This document shows positions 18,301 through 27,336 of a stretch of DNA of 64,000 nucleotides, in pieces. The notes below the pieces were generated by a model. That model worked only from the letters and a program-made list of their open reading frames with translations. It ran no database searches and was not told the origin of the DNA. This stretch comes from an uncultured Candidatus Poseidoniales archaeon. GTDB lineage: Archaea > Thermoplasmatota > Poseidoniia > Poseidoniales > Thalassarchaeaceae. The position numbers were made by a program, and so were the translations under genes. The stretch lies in contig CAZXZO010000005.1 in NCBI GenBank assembly GCA_964645485.1, positions 15,269-79,268 on the forward strand, read 5' to 3'. Every line of letters starts with the position of its first letter. The first letter of the stretch is position 1.

Positions 18301-18481
18301 AGACATCAGAGTTGTCTCATATGTGATTTATTACACCAATATCAGTGCAGGTAATTCCAGTGTACAAATGGATAATGCACCGCCTTCTCAACCATTGAAT
18401 GAGGGTCAAACAAATACTGTTCAATCTTTAGAGATTGAAGCATGGATGAGAGATAAAGAATGGGCGACCATCGAGGAATAA
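15302..18481 (+). CDS. Surface lipoprotein with Ig-like domain, TSP3-like Ca-binding repeats and C-terminal PNGase F-like domains
   Basis: Signal peptide with FSGC lipobox, about 10 DxDxDG repeats, and CHEWD, EFVRYITTYG, GHG...CAEFC and GRAGWCAG motifs. Confidence 0.75.
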   Translation: MNRKAVLSSMLIFVLLFSGCLGFLSDDTGDVVTIDEDPLISANEVDDINYGGSVFVSGTVTDELPTEARVTIAFSIPWGTIYETPDEDGNWQYSLGGLEPGDYNVTFTVVDDSDQSSDTITKSFTVHPPIEQDVLMVVWRSDIRYEIGEETSVTGQLTHSTLSSCTISYSLISEVGGNSPVHQPMEVPINFDTSSGMFSISLGILNGTSNGTVRASCGQYTTSEDSVLVSFQPLEQPISDLDGDGIADEFDDCEDGESFSSSLTTDYDSDGCYDLTEDLDDDNDGIGDTIDNCQKGILGWISTPAVDKDSDGCRDVDEDDDDDGDTILDAEDSCLDSPYGWISNFVSDYDRDGCRDSGADIDDDNDGIADSVDDCPTGVIGWLPDAQNDQDSDGCRDADEDDDDDNDSVFDNNDSCPNTLANYSVNEFGCAAYEWDEDSDGVMDDTDACQGTPIGLVVNEQGCADLDGDGVFANIDQCADSPARWSVDSMGCAVIQNPVAWHSGPYSSERFGKAADFNFATKYDGNWQLSNQWDGNSTYIFIFLQSSSSYMNGLWGQSVGTLLDGLPKDSHIFFGSYDSDWQSDVDTMASRVSSYRNSQSDEGKIWVDDNVHFVYQQAGSIGGGLGSVISSWSQFYYGIDRFQQWREVGSLYNWAKTWSSDPDYRFDYLAKEPQMWNAEFPVEMRKHDPAITVVDLWDAQRHTGGWQGGHKSFANGTFPNATTMLTFNTMEVYMHHGCSEKRDRYQKGDGTWGGCHEWDYDQRLNICQEFGNHSTCGDEFVRYITTYGREGRWLTDISPYLFMLKDGGPKEFRYGGANGGWLNISVYLSTWDDDGMRPTSAEYAFSGGSFRGQYNNESLYKRVHDLTIPNGTDKVVISSVVTGHGFGKDDANCAEFCNHEHRFFMNGHVTQEDFPMAGNGTVASDREGCAKETDMGTVANQKGSWPYGRAGWCAGQDTKPWVWDITNWVDWSGGPNSLRYQGLYNGVNYVPQNEQSGANQDIRVVSYVIYYTNISAGNSSVQMDNAPPSQPLNEGQTNTVQSLEIEAWMRDKEWATIEE

Positions 18482-18627
18482 TCGCCTAAGTCAAATCACT
18501 ACAGAGTATAATCGCCTAAGTCCAATCACTACAGAGTATAATCGCCTAAGTCAAATTACTCCAGAGGAAAACCGCACACCTTCAATCACTGCAGAGGAAA
18601 ATCGCCTAAGTTCAATCACTGCAGAGG
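18481..18627. repeat. Five 30-bp tandem repeats between convergent stop codons
   Basis: ATCGCCTAAGTYMAATYACTNCAGAGKAWA units start at 18481, 18511, 18541, 18571 (degenerate) and 18601. Confidence 0.9.
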
Positions 18628-19779
18628 TGGAGGAGTTGGTAATGATTGAGCATCTTTCACAAGATTTGGGGTTTTTAGTAAATTGTAATCAGAGTCTCTT
18701 CTAACTGCTTTGAACCCGGCTCTGCATATTGCTTGCTGTAACTCTTCTTCTGTACACAGAACCTTTGTGGTGCCTGCAGCAGACACCACGTTCTCTTCCA
18801 TCATTGTTGAACCTATATCATCAGCGCCGCCAAACAGTGCTAACTGGGCTACATCCATTCCCATGGTCAACCAAGAGGCTTGAATGTGGTTGATGTTGTC
18901 AAAAAATAATCGAGAAACAGCAACATGGCGGAGATATTCTGCAGGTCCGACTTTTGGATTTCGCCGGCCTCTTTTACTTCGGCCAAATGCATTATTCTCT
19001 AATTGTACTGTCCATGCTATGAATGCAGTGAAACCGATGTTTCCCTGAGAGTTCGATTGGTCTTGTAATTGACGGACTTTTTCCATGTGGCCAACGCGGT
19101 GGGCGATTGTTTCACCAAATCCAATGACATTAGTAGCAGTAGTAGTAAGTCCAATAGAATGAGCTTCTCCCATTACCTTTAGCCAATTTTCCCCACTGCC
19201 CTTCAAAGGTGAAACACCTAGTCTCACATCATCAACTAACATCTCAGCGCCACCTCCTGGTAAGCCATGCATTCCTGCTTCCTTGAATCGTTGCAGGACA
19301 TCTAAGGTACTCATTTCGCAAACCTCAGCGATCCCTTCAATCTCAATTGGTGAGAAACAGTCTAAGTCAATTGAAGGATGTTCTTCTCGTAAGTAGCCCA
19401 GTAAATTTTCATACCATTCAATTGGTAGACTTGGGTCAACCCCTCCTTGCATCAAAATTCTGGAGCCTTCAATCGCTTCAAGTTCCCTAACACGGGCACT
19501 AATCTGCTCTGTGGATTGAAGATAGGCTTCCTCATGGCCTGGTGCTCTATAGAAGGAACAGAATTGGCAATTGATAGTACAAGCGTTTCCATAATTGATA
19601 TTTCGATCTATTAGATAAGTCACTTCGCTTGGTGGGTTTTTTTCCCGTCTCTTCTCTAGTGCTGCTTGGCGTAAAGCATTGAAATCTGCTTCTTCGTAGA
19701 GAATGATTGCATCTTCAACAGATAATCGAGGAGCATCACCTTCAGTCTGTTGTTTGAGAATATCCATCCAAGTATTCAT
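18616..19779 (-). CDS. mqnC: Cyclic dehypoxanthinyl futalosine synthase (MqnC/CofH-family radical SAM)
   Basis: CTINCQFC, LMQGG, PGGGAEML, IQASWLTMG and GADDIGSTMMEENVVSAAG. Confidence 0.85.
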   Translation of the reverse strand: MNTWMDILKQQTEGDAPRLSVEDAIILYEEADFNALRQAALEKRREKNPPSEVTYLIDRNINYGNACTINCQFCSFYRAPGHEEAYLQSTEQISARVRELEAIEGSRILMQGGVDPSLPIEWYENLLGYLREEHPSIDLDCFSPIEIEGIAEVCEMSTLDVLQRFKEAGMHGLPGGGAEMLVDDVRLGVSPLKGSGENWLKVMGEAHSIGLTTTATNVIGFGETIAHRVGHMEKVRQLQDQSNSQGNIGFTAFIAWTVQLENNAFGRSKRGRRNPKVGPAEYLRHVAVSRLFFDNINHIQASWLTMGMDVAQLALFGGADDIGSTMMEENVVSAAGTTKVLCTEEELQQAICRAGFKAVRRDSDYNLLKTPNLVKDAQSLPTPPPLQ

Positions 19780-19817
19780 GATATCACCAATTTAGATTTT
19801 CAGCATCAATAATTTAT

Positions 19818-21182
19818 TCACGATGATGTGCCAATTATTCTTTCTAATTCTTCGATTGTTTTTGGGCAATCCTTAGTGAGTACTTCGTGGCCATCTTTTG
19901 TAATCAGGACATCATCTTCTATTCTAATTCCGATGCCAGACCATTTTTCATCAATCTCGATGTCTGGCCTCCATGCTCCGAAATATAATCCAGGTTCAAT
20001 GGTGAGAACCATTCCTTCTTCTAACAATCTGGGTTCATTTTCAGGTGCATAAACACCTACGTCATGCACATCTAAACCAAGCCAATGGCTTGTGCGATGC
20101 ATAAAGTAAGTACCTAGTTGTTCAGCGGACATAGCGTCATCTATTGTAGGTCCTTCAACTATTCCTAAGTCAAGCAACCCTTGTGCCAAAACTCTCTTTG
20201 CAGCGTTGTGAGGCGCATCAAATGATTGACCCGGCTTACAAGCAGAAATTGCTGCTAATTCCGAATCCAACACGAGTTGGTAAAGAATTGCTTGAGGCTC
20301 GGTGAATTTTCCATTAATTGGCCATGTTCTAGTAATGTCACTTGCATAGCCTGAGATTTCACAACCAGCGTCTATCAAAACCAAGTCACCATCCTGAACT
20401 GGTGAATCATTTTCTACATAGTGCAAAATTGTTGCATTGTCACCACCTCCTACAATGCTAGGGTACGACCATTGACTTCCATTATACTTGAAACACCCTT
20501 CAATGATAGATTGTAACTGGTACTCACTCATTCCCGCCGACCCATTCATCATTGCTTCAATATGAGCAGCAGATGCAATTTTACATGAATGTCGCATCAA
20601 TTCAAGTTCACTTTCTGATTTGAATAACCTTAGTTCAGATACCAAGGGTCTTGGGTCACACAGGTTTGTAGGTCCTGAACCTGTGCGTTGCCTATTCCTG
20701 CTTGTTTCTAACAATGATTTGTCTACAATTTCATCAACTGTTGACGATAATCCCCTTTGGTGGTATACATTTGTGCAGCCATTTAAGAGTGATGTTAATC
20801 CATTTTCGATATCTTCTATTGAAATTGCCTCATCAATTGGAAATTGCTTCTTTGCTCCTTCGAGTCCTACTCGGATTCCAGTCCAAGTTTCTTTGATTAC
20901 ATCTCTAGGTGGAATAAACAGTACTGAATTGAATTCCCCCGCGCGATTAGAAAGGCAGAACACCGCATTTGGGCTATCCCAGCCTACAAAGTATAGCATA
21001 TCTGATGAGGCTCTGTATGGGTATTCTACATCCGCACTACGGGTTGCCTCAGGGTTGTTTACGATTATCAAAAGAGAATCTTCATCACAGAGGTCTCCAA
21101 TTTTGGCGTGGCGGGACCGCATCTCTTCTACACTTGTGGGGGGAGGCAAAGCAGAGAGGTCCAACCCGTGCCCATCAAACAT
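19818..21182 (-). CDS. pepP: Xaa-Pro aminopeptidase (M24B)
   Basis: YPYRASSDMLY, LIDAG...DITRT, HWLGLDVHD, TIEPG and RIEDD. Confidence 0.92.
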   Translation of the reverse strand: MFDGHGLDLSALPPPTSVEEMRSRHAKIGDLCDEDSLLIIVNNPEATRSADVEYPYRASSDMLYFVGWDSPNAVFCLSNRAGEFNSVLFIPPRDVIKETWTGIRVGLEGAKKQFPIDEAISIEDIENGLTSLLNGCTNVYHQRGLSSTVDEIVDKSLLETSRNRQRTGSGPTNLCDPRPLVSELRLFKSESELELMRHSCKIASAAHIEAMMNGSAGMSEYQLQSIIEGCFKYNGSQWSYPSIVGGGDNATILHYVENDSPVQDGDLVLIDAGCEISGYASDITRTWPINGKFTEPQAILYQLVLDSELAAISACKPGQSFDAPHNAAKRVLAQGLLDLGIVEGPTIDDAMSAEQLGTYFMHRTSHWLGLDVHDVGVYAPENEPRLLEEGMVLTIEPGLYFGAWRPDIEIDEKWSGIGIRIEDDVLITKDGHEVLTKDCPKTIEELERIIGTSS

Positions 21183-21215
21183 AGTTTCCCGTCAAGCCCG
21201 ACTCTTATTTAGCAT

Positions 21216-22877
21216 TCAGTCTAAATCGTCATTTTCAAATTGCTCACCAATATCATCCTCAGTCACATTTTCATTGGTTCGACGTTTTACCCACTTAGGT
21301 ATATCTCCGCCTCTCTCACTCCTAGCAAATTTGAAAGTTAGATATGATAAAGTTACGAGAATCACCATGAAGATTCCCATCATATTTGTTTCTCCACCCA
21401 CTGTTGATATCATAGACTCGGTGAATGATTCAGGCTCCTTCCATAATGGGTCAGACTCTGTGCCTTCTATTCCTACAAAAACCTCGATGAAATCACTTTC
21501 TCCGTCATCATCAGTTACACTAAGAGTGATGAGATGTATCTTAGATTCATCTTTGATCCATTCCCGACGCATGATTTGTTCCCTCCCTAGAGAAACCGGG
21601 TCTCCATCTACATACCAAACATAGTTCAAACCACCCAGGTCATTTTCAGTATCTGAACTCTCAGATGCGTCAATTGTCCAAAGTGATTCATCAGGTAATC
21701 TGATGGTTTCTTCGGTTGAAAATGTACTTCCTTCTATACTAGCTGCGGCAGTGGGTGGCAGATTGTTTACGATTAAACTTAAATTGGTACTATTAGATAA
21801 TCCCGAAGTATCGGTTACTAGAACCATTACATCAAAATGCCCGGATTGATTAGCATACCAACTCCAACTCTTGTCGGTGCCAGCATCATGTACGAAGGGA
21901 GGACTGGTTTCACCGTCCCGTCGCAAAATGAAGGTAAAACGTAACCCATCCTTACCCCAAACCGGGTCATCTGAATTACTTGCATCAAAAATCGCTAATT
22001 GAGACTCATTGACTACAGATGTACCGCTGAGTGCAGCGATTGGTTGTTGATTATGCAGGGCTATGGCGGTACAAGATATTTCTGAAAAATTGCCAGCATT
22101 ATCGCCAGCACGACTGACGAACAACCACCATCCATCTTCATATTCTGAACTTTGAATTTGAAAGTTGAACACGTCGGTTCCAGAATATGTAACTCCATCA
22201 GTTCTCCAGTTTTCAACCGTCAAGAAGTCAGATAAGATCCCGCGCACACAGAAATGATTTGCTTGATTGGATTGAATTGCTGACCATTCAAGTGTTGGTT
22301 GATATCCAATTTCACTTACCGCAACCCCGCTAATATTTAGGTCACCTCTCCAGTTTATTCCCATCTCAGGAGAAGTAATCATCAAGTTTGGTGGTAAGCC
22401 ATTTTCATCAGGATTTATGAATAATAGAAGGTGAACTTGGGAAACTTGTTGTTGAACATCAATTACTACTGCAGTTAGCCTACACGAGCAGGCAGGCAAA
22501 TTACTTGAGTTAATGACAATTGAAAATGACCATGAATTTGTAGTGGGGTCTTGCCAAGACTCATTTTCAATTAATGTGCTAATTGCTGAATCTTGGGAAA
22601 GAATTTCTCCTGAATTCTCCAACTGCCAATACAATTCAGAAGGAAAAGCATCATCCCAAATTGTCCCGGTGATTGTAAAATTTTCAGTAAATGTATTCCC
22701 ATTGCTACTTTGGAGTATCAAAGTTGGTTGTTGATTACTGACGGAGTAGTTTGGCACAACCACGGGCGGCATCCGCTCTTGATTTTTGACACAACCCAAT
22801 AGGGAACAAGCCAACAAGATTGATATTAGTGCAAGAGCAGCACTCCAACCTCTTGCTTGCATCAACTTGAGATGCAC
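21216..22877 (-). CDS. Membrane-anchored surface protein with Ig-like/PKD-like domains
   Basis: Signal peptide ending LLGC. PKD-like FDASNSDD...VMVLVTD and IDASESSD...ITLSVTDDDG. C-terminal TM helix. Confidence 0.7.
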   Translation of the reverse strand: MHLKLMQARGWSAALALISILLACSLLGCVKNQERMPPVVVPNYSVSNQQPTLILQSSNGNTFTENFTITGTIWDDAFPSELYWQLENSGEILSQDSAISTLIENESWQDPTTNSWSFSIVINSSNLPACSCRLTAVVIDVQQQVSQVHLLLFINPDENGLPPNLMITSPEMGINWRGDLNISGVAVSEIGYQPTLEWSAIQSNQANHFCVRGILSDFLTVENWRTDGVTYSGTDVFNFQIQSSEYEDGWWLFVSRAGDNAGNFSEISCTAIALHNQQPIAALSGTSVVNESQLAIFDASNSDDPVWGKDGLRFTFILRRDGETSPPFVHDAGTDKSWSWYANQSGHFDVMVLVTDTSGLSNSTNLSLIVNNLPPTAAASIEGSTFSTEETIRLPDESLWTIDASESSDTENDLGGLNYVWYVDGDPVSLGREQIMRREWIKDESKIHLITLSVTDDDGESDFIEVFVGIEGTESDPLWKEPESFTESMISTVGGETNMMGIFMVILVTLSYLTFKFARSERGGDIPKWVKRRTNENVTEDDIGEQFENDDLD

Positions 22878-22963
22878 TGACTTATGCTATCAAATGTGAC
22901 ACAATTTGTTCGCGATTTGTGCTGTTCGAGACGCCTTGAGAACCACCCGAGGGAGGTTTTTCA

Positions 22964-25900
22964 TTACGCCCATTGGTCACAATGCTGGCCTTGGCCGGGG
23001 AAACTATTGCCTTCTCTTGGGTTAGTGTGCCATTTGTGTTCGCAGTCATTGAAGAAACCATCTCCATCAACATCCATCTTGGCATCTGCCCCATCAAATG
23101 GGTCGAACCGGAAGTAATACTCCCAGCCATCGAACATACTGTCACCATCACTATCCATGTGGTAAACCTCAGGACCATCTTCCAATCCATCGCCATCAGT
23201 ATCATTCAGGACCGGATTTGTGCCATTCAGCATCTCCTCGTAGTTAGTGTAATTCTCCAAGTCGTTGTAGAATTTGGCTCCTCCAGGAGTGTCAGGGTCA
23301 ATGTGGCAAAGAGAGGAGGTAGGGTCATTCCATCCAGGACAGAATCTATTCAGCTCCGCCGTTCGATTCTTTCCATCCTGGTCAAAGTCTTCATCACCGT
23401 CCATCACCCCGTCTAAGTCACTATCTTCAAGTGCAGGGTCCATAGGTCCCCTTGCTCCAAGGTTTTGTAAAGTGGTATTGTCAACCAATCCTTGAGAAAT
23501 AGCCTGGGCACTATACTTCACTTCCCAACCATCTGGTAACTTATCGTTATCAGTATCGTCATTCACGGGGTTTGTATTCCAGCGATTTGGTCCTTCCATC
23601 TCATTTGGAAGCGAATCATTGTCGATGTCATAATCAGCATCTGGAAGTGAGCCAAGAGCAGGGTCAAGAGCCCAACGTCCGCTATTTTCTGGAATAGCGA
23701 AGTTTGTCAAATTCATGTCCCATAAGAAGTATTTAGGATCAGGTTCTCCATCATTATTCTCATCTCCTCCAGAGGCAAATCCTTGAATCCAATTATTCCA
23801 CAGCCAACCACCTGGGCCACGTGTGCATCCTACATCTGTACAACCTGGTGGTTGGAAATTCGATGTGGTAACCCAAAGGCTGTGTGAATTTGTATTGTCC
23901 ATGGTTGACTGAACCTGCATTTCCCAGCCATCAAGCATTCCATCTTGGTCGGTGTCATTGACTAGTGGGTTTGTTGCGGCTTGCCATGGTCTTGGAATGT
24001 AAAGAACTTCATTGCCATCATTTAATCCATCATCATCAGAGTCTGAATCATTTGCGTTAGTGACATAATTATCTAATCCCAAGATTACTTCTTCACCATC
24101 TTCCAATCCATCGATGTCTGTGTCAAACATACTTGCATTGGTGAAGTAAGGTTCTCCTAACCATTGGAAGCCATCTACGGCTTCAACGTAATCTTCCAAT
24201 CCATCGCTGTCTGTATCTTTGTTAGATGCATTTGTGTATGTTTCTCCAAACTCTCTCCAGTCTGTTAGACCATCATCATCGGTATCAACATCACCTGGGT
24301 CAGATGTTACAAGAATAGTGTGAACCCCCCGGCTCACAACTAAGATTTCCCAACCCATGACTTCTATGCCATCAATCAATCCATCTCCGTCAGTATCTGC
24401 ATTAAGAGGGTCTGTTGAACGGCCATCCATAATACCATCATTATCACGGTCTCTTGCTTGATATTCCATCAGATTCGTGAACATTTCACTTTCTTCAACA
24501 ATTGTCATCCAAACATAATTTCGGCTTGTAACTTCGTTTTCAGTTGCTGGACCTTCTAGAAGACTTAGTGCGGGGATTCCATAGACATATCCAGCGCTTG
24601 GTGCCTTGATCGGTACTGTTTCTTCGTTGCCACCTGCATGAGTGATTTTTGCATATGCTACAGTCTGATTTGCTTCTACATATTCCATCAATTCAACAGT
24701 TATTGAGTAAACTCTAGCAATACCCGTTAAATCACTGTAAGTGACTTTACCATTGCCATTTGCATCCCAACCATCCATATCTGGGTCAGTGTATGCGTTT
24801 TCTCCATCAACTGGATTCAATCCATTGTCAGCTTCCCAACCATCTGGCATTCCATCTTCGTCAGTGTCTGCTGTCAGAGGGCTTGTGAAATTTGATGCAC
24901 CCCAAACTCGAGCAACATCGTATTCTGCTCGGTTGTTTAGTCCGTCCTCATCTTCATCTCCAAATGCATCGGATGCATTTGCAGCATTCAGTAAAGTGTC
25001 GTAACAATATTCGAATCCGTCAGGCATTCCATCACCATCAGTATCCCAATCGCCTGGACCATTATTGCGTCCGTCCCCATCCATGTCCTCAATGAACCAG
25101 TTTAGGGGGTCAACAGTGCTTGGGAATGAGTTTAGAAGGGATGTAAATGGTCCATCTTTGGTTGGGCCTGTAATCACTGCTTTTCCACAGACGACTTCAA
25201 GTTCGATGGAAACCATGGAAACCTCAACTTGGTCCCCAATTAGGTCACCATCACTGTCTTCTGATAGTGGATTTGTTCCATAACTTTCCTCGGCAAAATT
25301 TGCCAATGTATCGGAATCAAAGTCTAAAACTTGGTCACAGGAATGTTGGCCTGCGAAATTCTCCAGTTCCTCCCAAAGTTCAGCGCCGAAGGTTTGTTCT
25401 AAATTTGCTTCTGATTCTGGGTCAAGTAGAACACAATCCCAGTTTCCATTTAGGGGGTCAAATAGTGTCAAGTCACCTGATTGAGTAACCATGTCAAATG
25501 TGTAGAGTGATTCCCACTTGTCGTTAAGTCCATCACCATCGGTGTCATTTCGTCTTGGGTCTGTTCCCAATTCCATTTCTTCAATATTTACTAGACCATC
25601 TTTGTCAGGGTCTCCAAGAGGTCCATTATCCGGGTCGGGCCAGGTTTCATCGGAACCAGAATTGTCATCCCCGGTATCAGTTTCAGTTTCGGTTATGATT
25701 TCCTCTAGACCAGCATCACCACTGTCTAGCGGGTTTAATCCAGCATTTACTTCGTAGCCATCGGTCATCCCATCTCCGTCAGTATCTTCATCGTAGGGGT
25801 CAGTGCCGTAGGTGTTTCTTTCTAGTCGGTCACTTAGGCCATCTTCATCGGCATCTTCCATATTTTCATTGAAGACGGTGTCGTCATCAAGGATGTCTGA

Positions 25901-26032
25901 AGCGCCATCTTCGTAGTCAATCGCAGTGCTCATTATACTGCCTGCAATACTGTATGTTCCTGCTAAGCAGAGGGTTACTGTAATTGCAACTACTGCCCAT
26001 TGATTATGTGTCAATGCCATGTTATTCACCAC
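22964..26032 (-). CDS. Large acidic surface protein with many DTDxDG Ca-binding repeats
   Basis: N-terminal signal/TM segment and more than 20 D-[TS]-D-x-D-G-x-x-D-G-x-E...[TL]-[ND]-P repeats. The start could be the ATG at 26020. Confidence 0.8.
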   Translation of the reverse strand: MVNNMALTHNQWAVVAITVTLCLAGTYSIAGSIMSTAIDYEDGASDILDDDTVFNENMEDADEDGLSDRLERNTYGTDPYDEDTDGDGMTDGYEVNAGLNPLDSGDAGLEEIITETETDTGDDNSGSDETWPDPDNGPLGDPDKDGLVNIEEMELGTDPRRNDTDGDGLNDKWESLYTFDMVTQSGDLTLFDPLNGNWDCVLLDPESEANLEQTFGAELWEELENFAGQHSCDQVLDFDSDTLANFAEESYGTNPLSEDSDGDLIGDQVEVSMVSIELEVVCGKAVITGPTKDGPFTSLLNSFPSTVDPLNWFIEDMDGDGRNNGPGDWDTDGDGMPDGFEYCYDTLLNAANASDAFGDEDEDGLNNRAEYDVARVWGASNFTSPLTADTDEDGMPDGWEADNGLNPVDGENAYTDPDMDGWDANGNGKVTYSDLTGIARVYSITVELMEYVEANQTVAYAKITHAGGNEETVPIKAPSAGYVYGIPALSLLEGPATENEVTSRNYVWMTIVEESEMFTNLMEYQARDRDNDGIMDGRSTDPLNADTDGDGLIDGIEVMGWEILVVSRGVHTILVTSDPGDVDTDDDGLTDWREFGETYTNASNKDTDSDGLEDYVEAVDGFQWLGEPYFTNASMFDTDIDGLEDGEEVILGLDNYVTNANDSDSDDDGLNDGNEVLYIPRPWQAATNPLVNDTDQDGMLDGWEMQVQSTMDNTNSHSLWVTTSNFQPPGCTDVGCTRGPGGWLWNNWIQGFASGGDENNDGEPDPKYFLWDMNLTNFAIPENSGRWALDPALGSLPDADYDIDNDSLPNEMEGPNRWNTNPVNDDTDNDKLPDGWEVKYSAQAISQGLVDNTTLQNLGARGPMDPALEDSDLDGVMDGDEDFDQDGKNRTAELNRFCPGWNDPTSSLCHIDPDTPGGAKFYNDLENYTNYEEMLNGTNPVLNDTDGDGLEDGPEVYHMDSDGDSMFDGWEYYFRFDPFDGADAKMDVDGDGFFNDCEHKWHTNPREGNSFPGQGQHCDQWA

Positions 26033-26133
26033 TGGCCGTAGGCCAATTCCTTTTCACGACTTGCCGTACCCTGTTTAAGGTTTAACCGAAAGCGTTTGAC
26101 AATTGCTCTTCACCAAGTTAGCCCTGAATGTGG

Positions 26134-27243
26134 TCATGCGAGGTCATAGAGACTAGATATCTCTAGAATATGGCCCTTGTGAGAACAACTCCAAATGAGT
26201 TTACATGGTCGAGCCTCTGACCTTTCCCACGCACCAGCAAGTATGCCTGCTGCAACTGCTGGATGGAAGAGTTTTGATAGGTGCAATTTAACTCCTCCAT
26301 TGTCATCAATTTCCTCAACTGATGTCACCCCACCTAAGCCGGTTCGAGTGAGAAAACGGTGGCCAACATGAACCCAGTGTTCTGGTTCAGCGATTAACAC
26401 CATTTGGTCTGTAGTCAAGAACCTGATTTTGCTTGCTTCAGCAAATCCAGTCCAAATTTTATGACGCTCATTATCTTGCAATGTTTGCCAAGTGAATTTG
26501 TTAGAATCAATACCTGTTGAGTCGAGAAGATGGGGCATAACACTCTCTTCAAATCTCAACAACATGTCTCTAGAGATGCACATCATTCGGATACCATCAA
26601 TTGACCAAACACCGGCAAAATCATGATGTCCAAGTGCAAGTGGATGCATTCCATCTGCATCGGGGTCGGATTTGGAATTGTCCGTCCACCGGTGGTCAAC
26701 TTTCATCGCCTTTGGGATGAATCGCTTATCTACCTCCAAAGTGACCAAACATTCCGCATTTCCATCATCGGTCCAATGGAATCTAAATCTAGAGTCGGTC
26801 AAAAATTCTTGAGTTGCTGCGGCCCAACCAGCCGAAAGTGCAGAATGTGCCCGATTATGAATAATCAATTTTGTAGATTCAGATTCAACTTTCATAATTT
26901 CTAATTTGCCCAATCCTCGAATTTCCCAGTTCTTATTTATCCATTCAAGGCGTTTGGCCATTTTATTAAAAATTGGATTTGGCATCTCTTCTGAAGAATT
27001 GGCTAAACGATATTCTTCTGATTCAGCCGCGGCGTGAGATATTTTTCTGCCCAGCGGAAGGCCGACCAAATTTTCTAATTCTGACAACCACATCTCGAAA
27101 TCATTGATTGAGATGAAATAATAGGGCTCTGCACCAGTGTCTACTTCCCTCAATAACCCACATGTTGTAGGTGTGAACTTAGATTTTAGGAGGTCAGAGA
27201 ACCAAGGAGTATCGTCTTTTGATACTTCATCTATTAGTGGCAC
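26134..27243 (-). CDS. Hypothetical protein with two V4R/HNOB-like halves
   Basis: WEIRGLGKLEI...LSAGWAAATQE and LTRTGLGGVTSV...VAAGILAGAWE resemble V4R-type units. Confidence 0.5.
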   Translation of the reverse strand: MPLIDEVSKDDTPWFSDLLKSKFTPTTCGLLREVDTGAEPYYFISINDFEMWLSELENLVGLPLGRKISHAAAESEEYRLANSSEEMPNPIFNKMAKRLEWINKNWEIRGLGKLEIMKVESESTKLIIHNRAHSALSAGWAAATQEFLTDSRFRFHWTDDGNAECLVTLEVDKRFIPKAMKVDHRWTDNSKSDPDADGMHPLALGHHDFAGVWSIDGIRMMCISRDMLLRFEESVMPHLLDSTGIDSNKFTWQTLQDNERHKIWTGFAEASKIRFLTTDQMVLIAEPEHWVHVGHRFLTRTGLGGVTSVEEIDDNGGVKLHLSKLFHPAVAAGILAGAWERSEARPCKLIWSCSHKGHILEISSLYDLA

Positions 27244-27336
27244 AGTTGAATCCTGCGGAACCTCCTCAATTGATGTTTCTATTCAAAGTTCATCCGCAAT
27301 CACTTCAATAGTTCATTACTTGAAACCAATTTAAAC

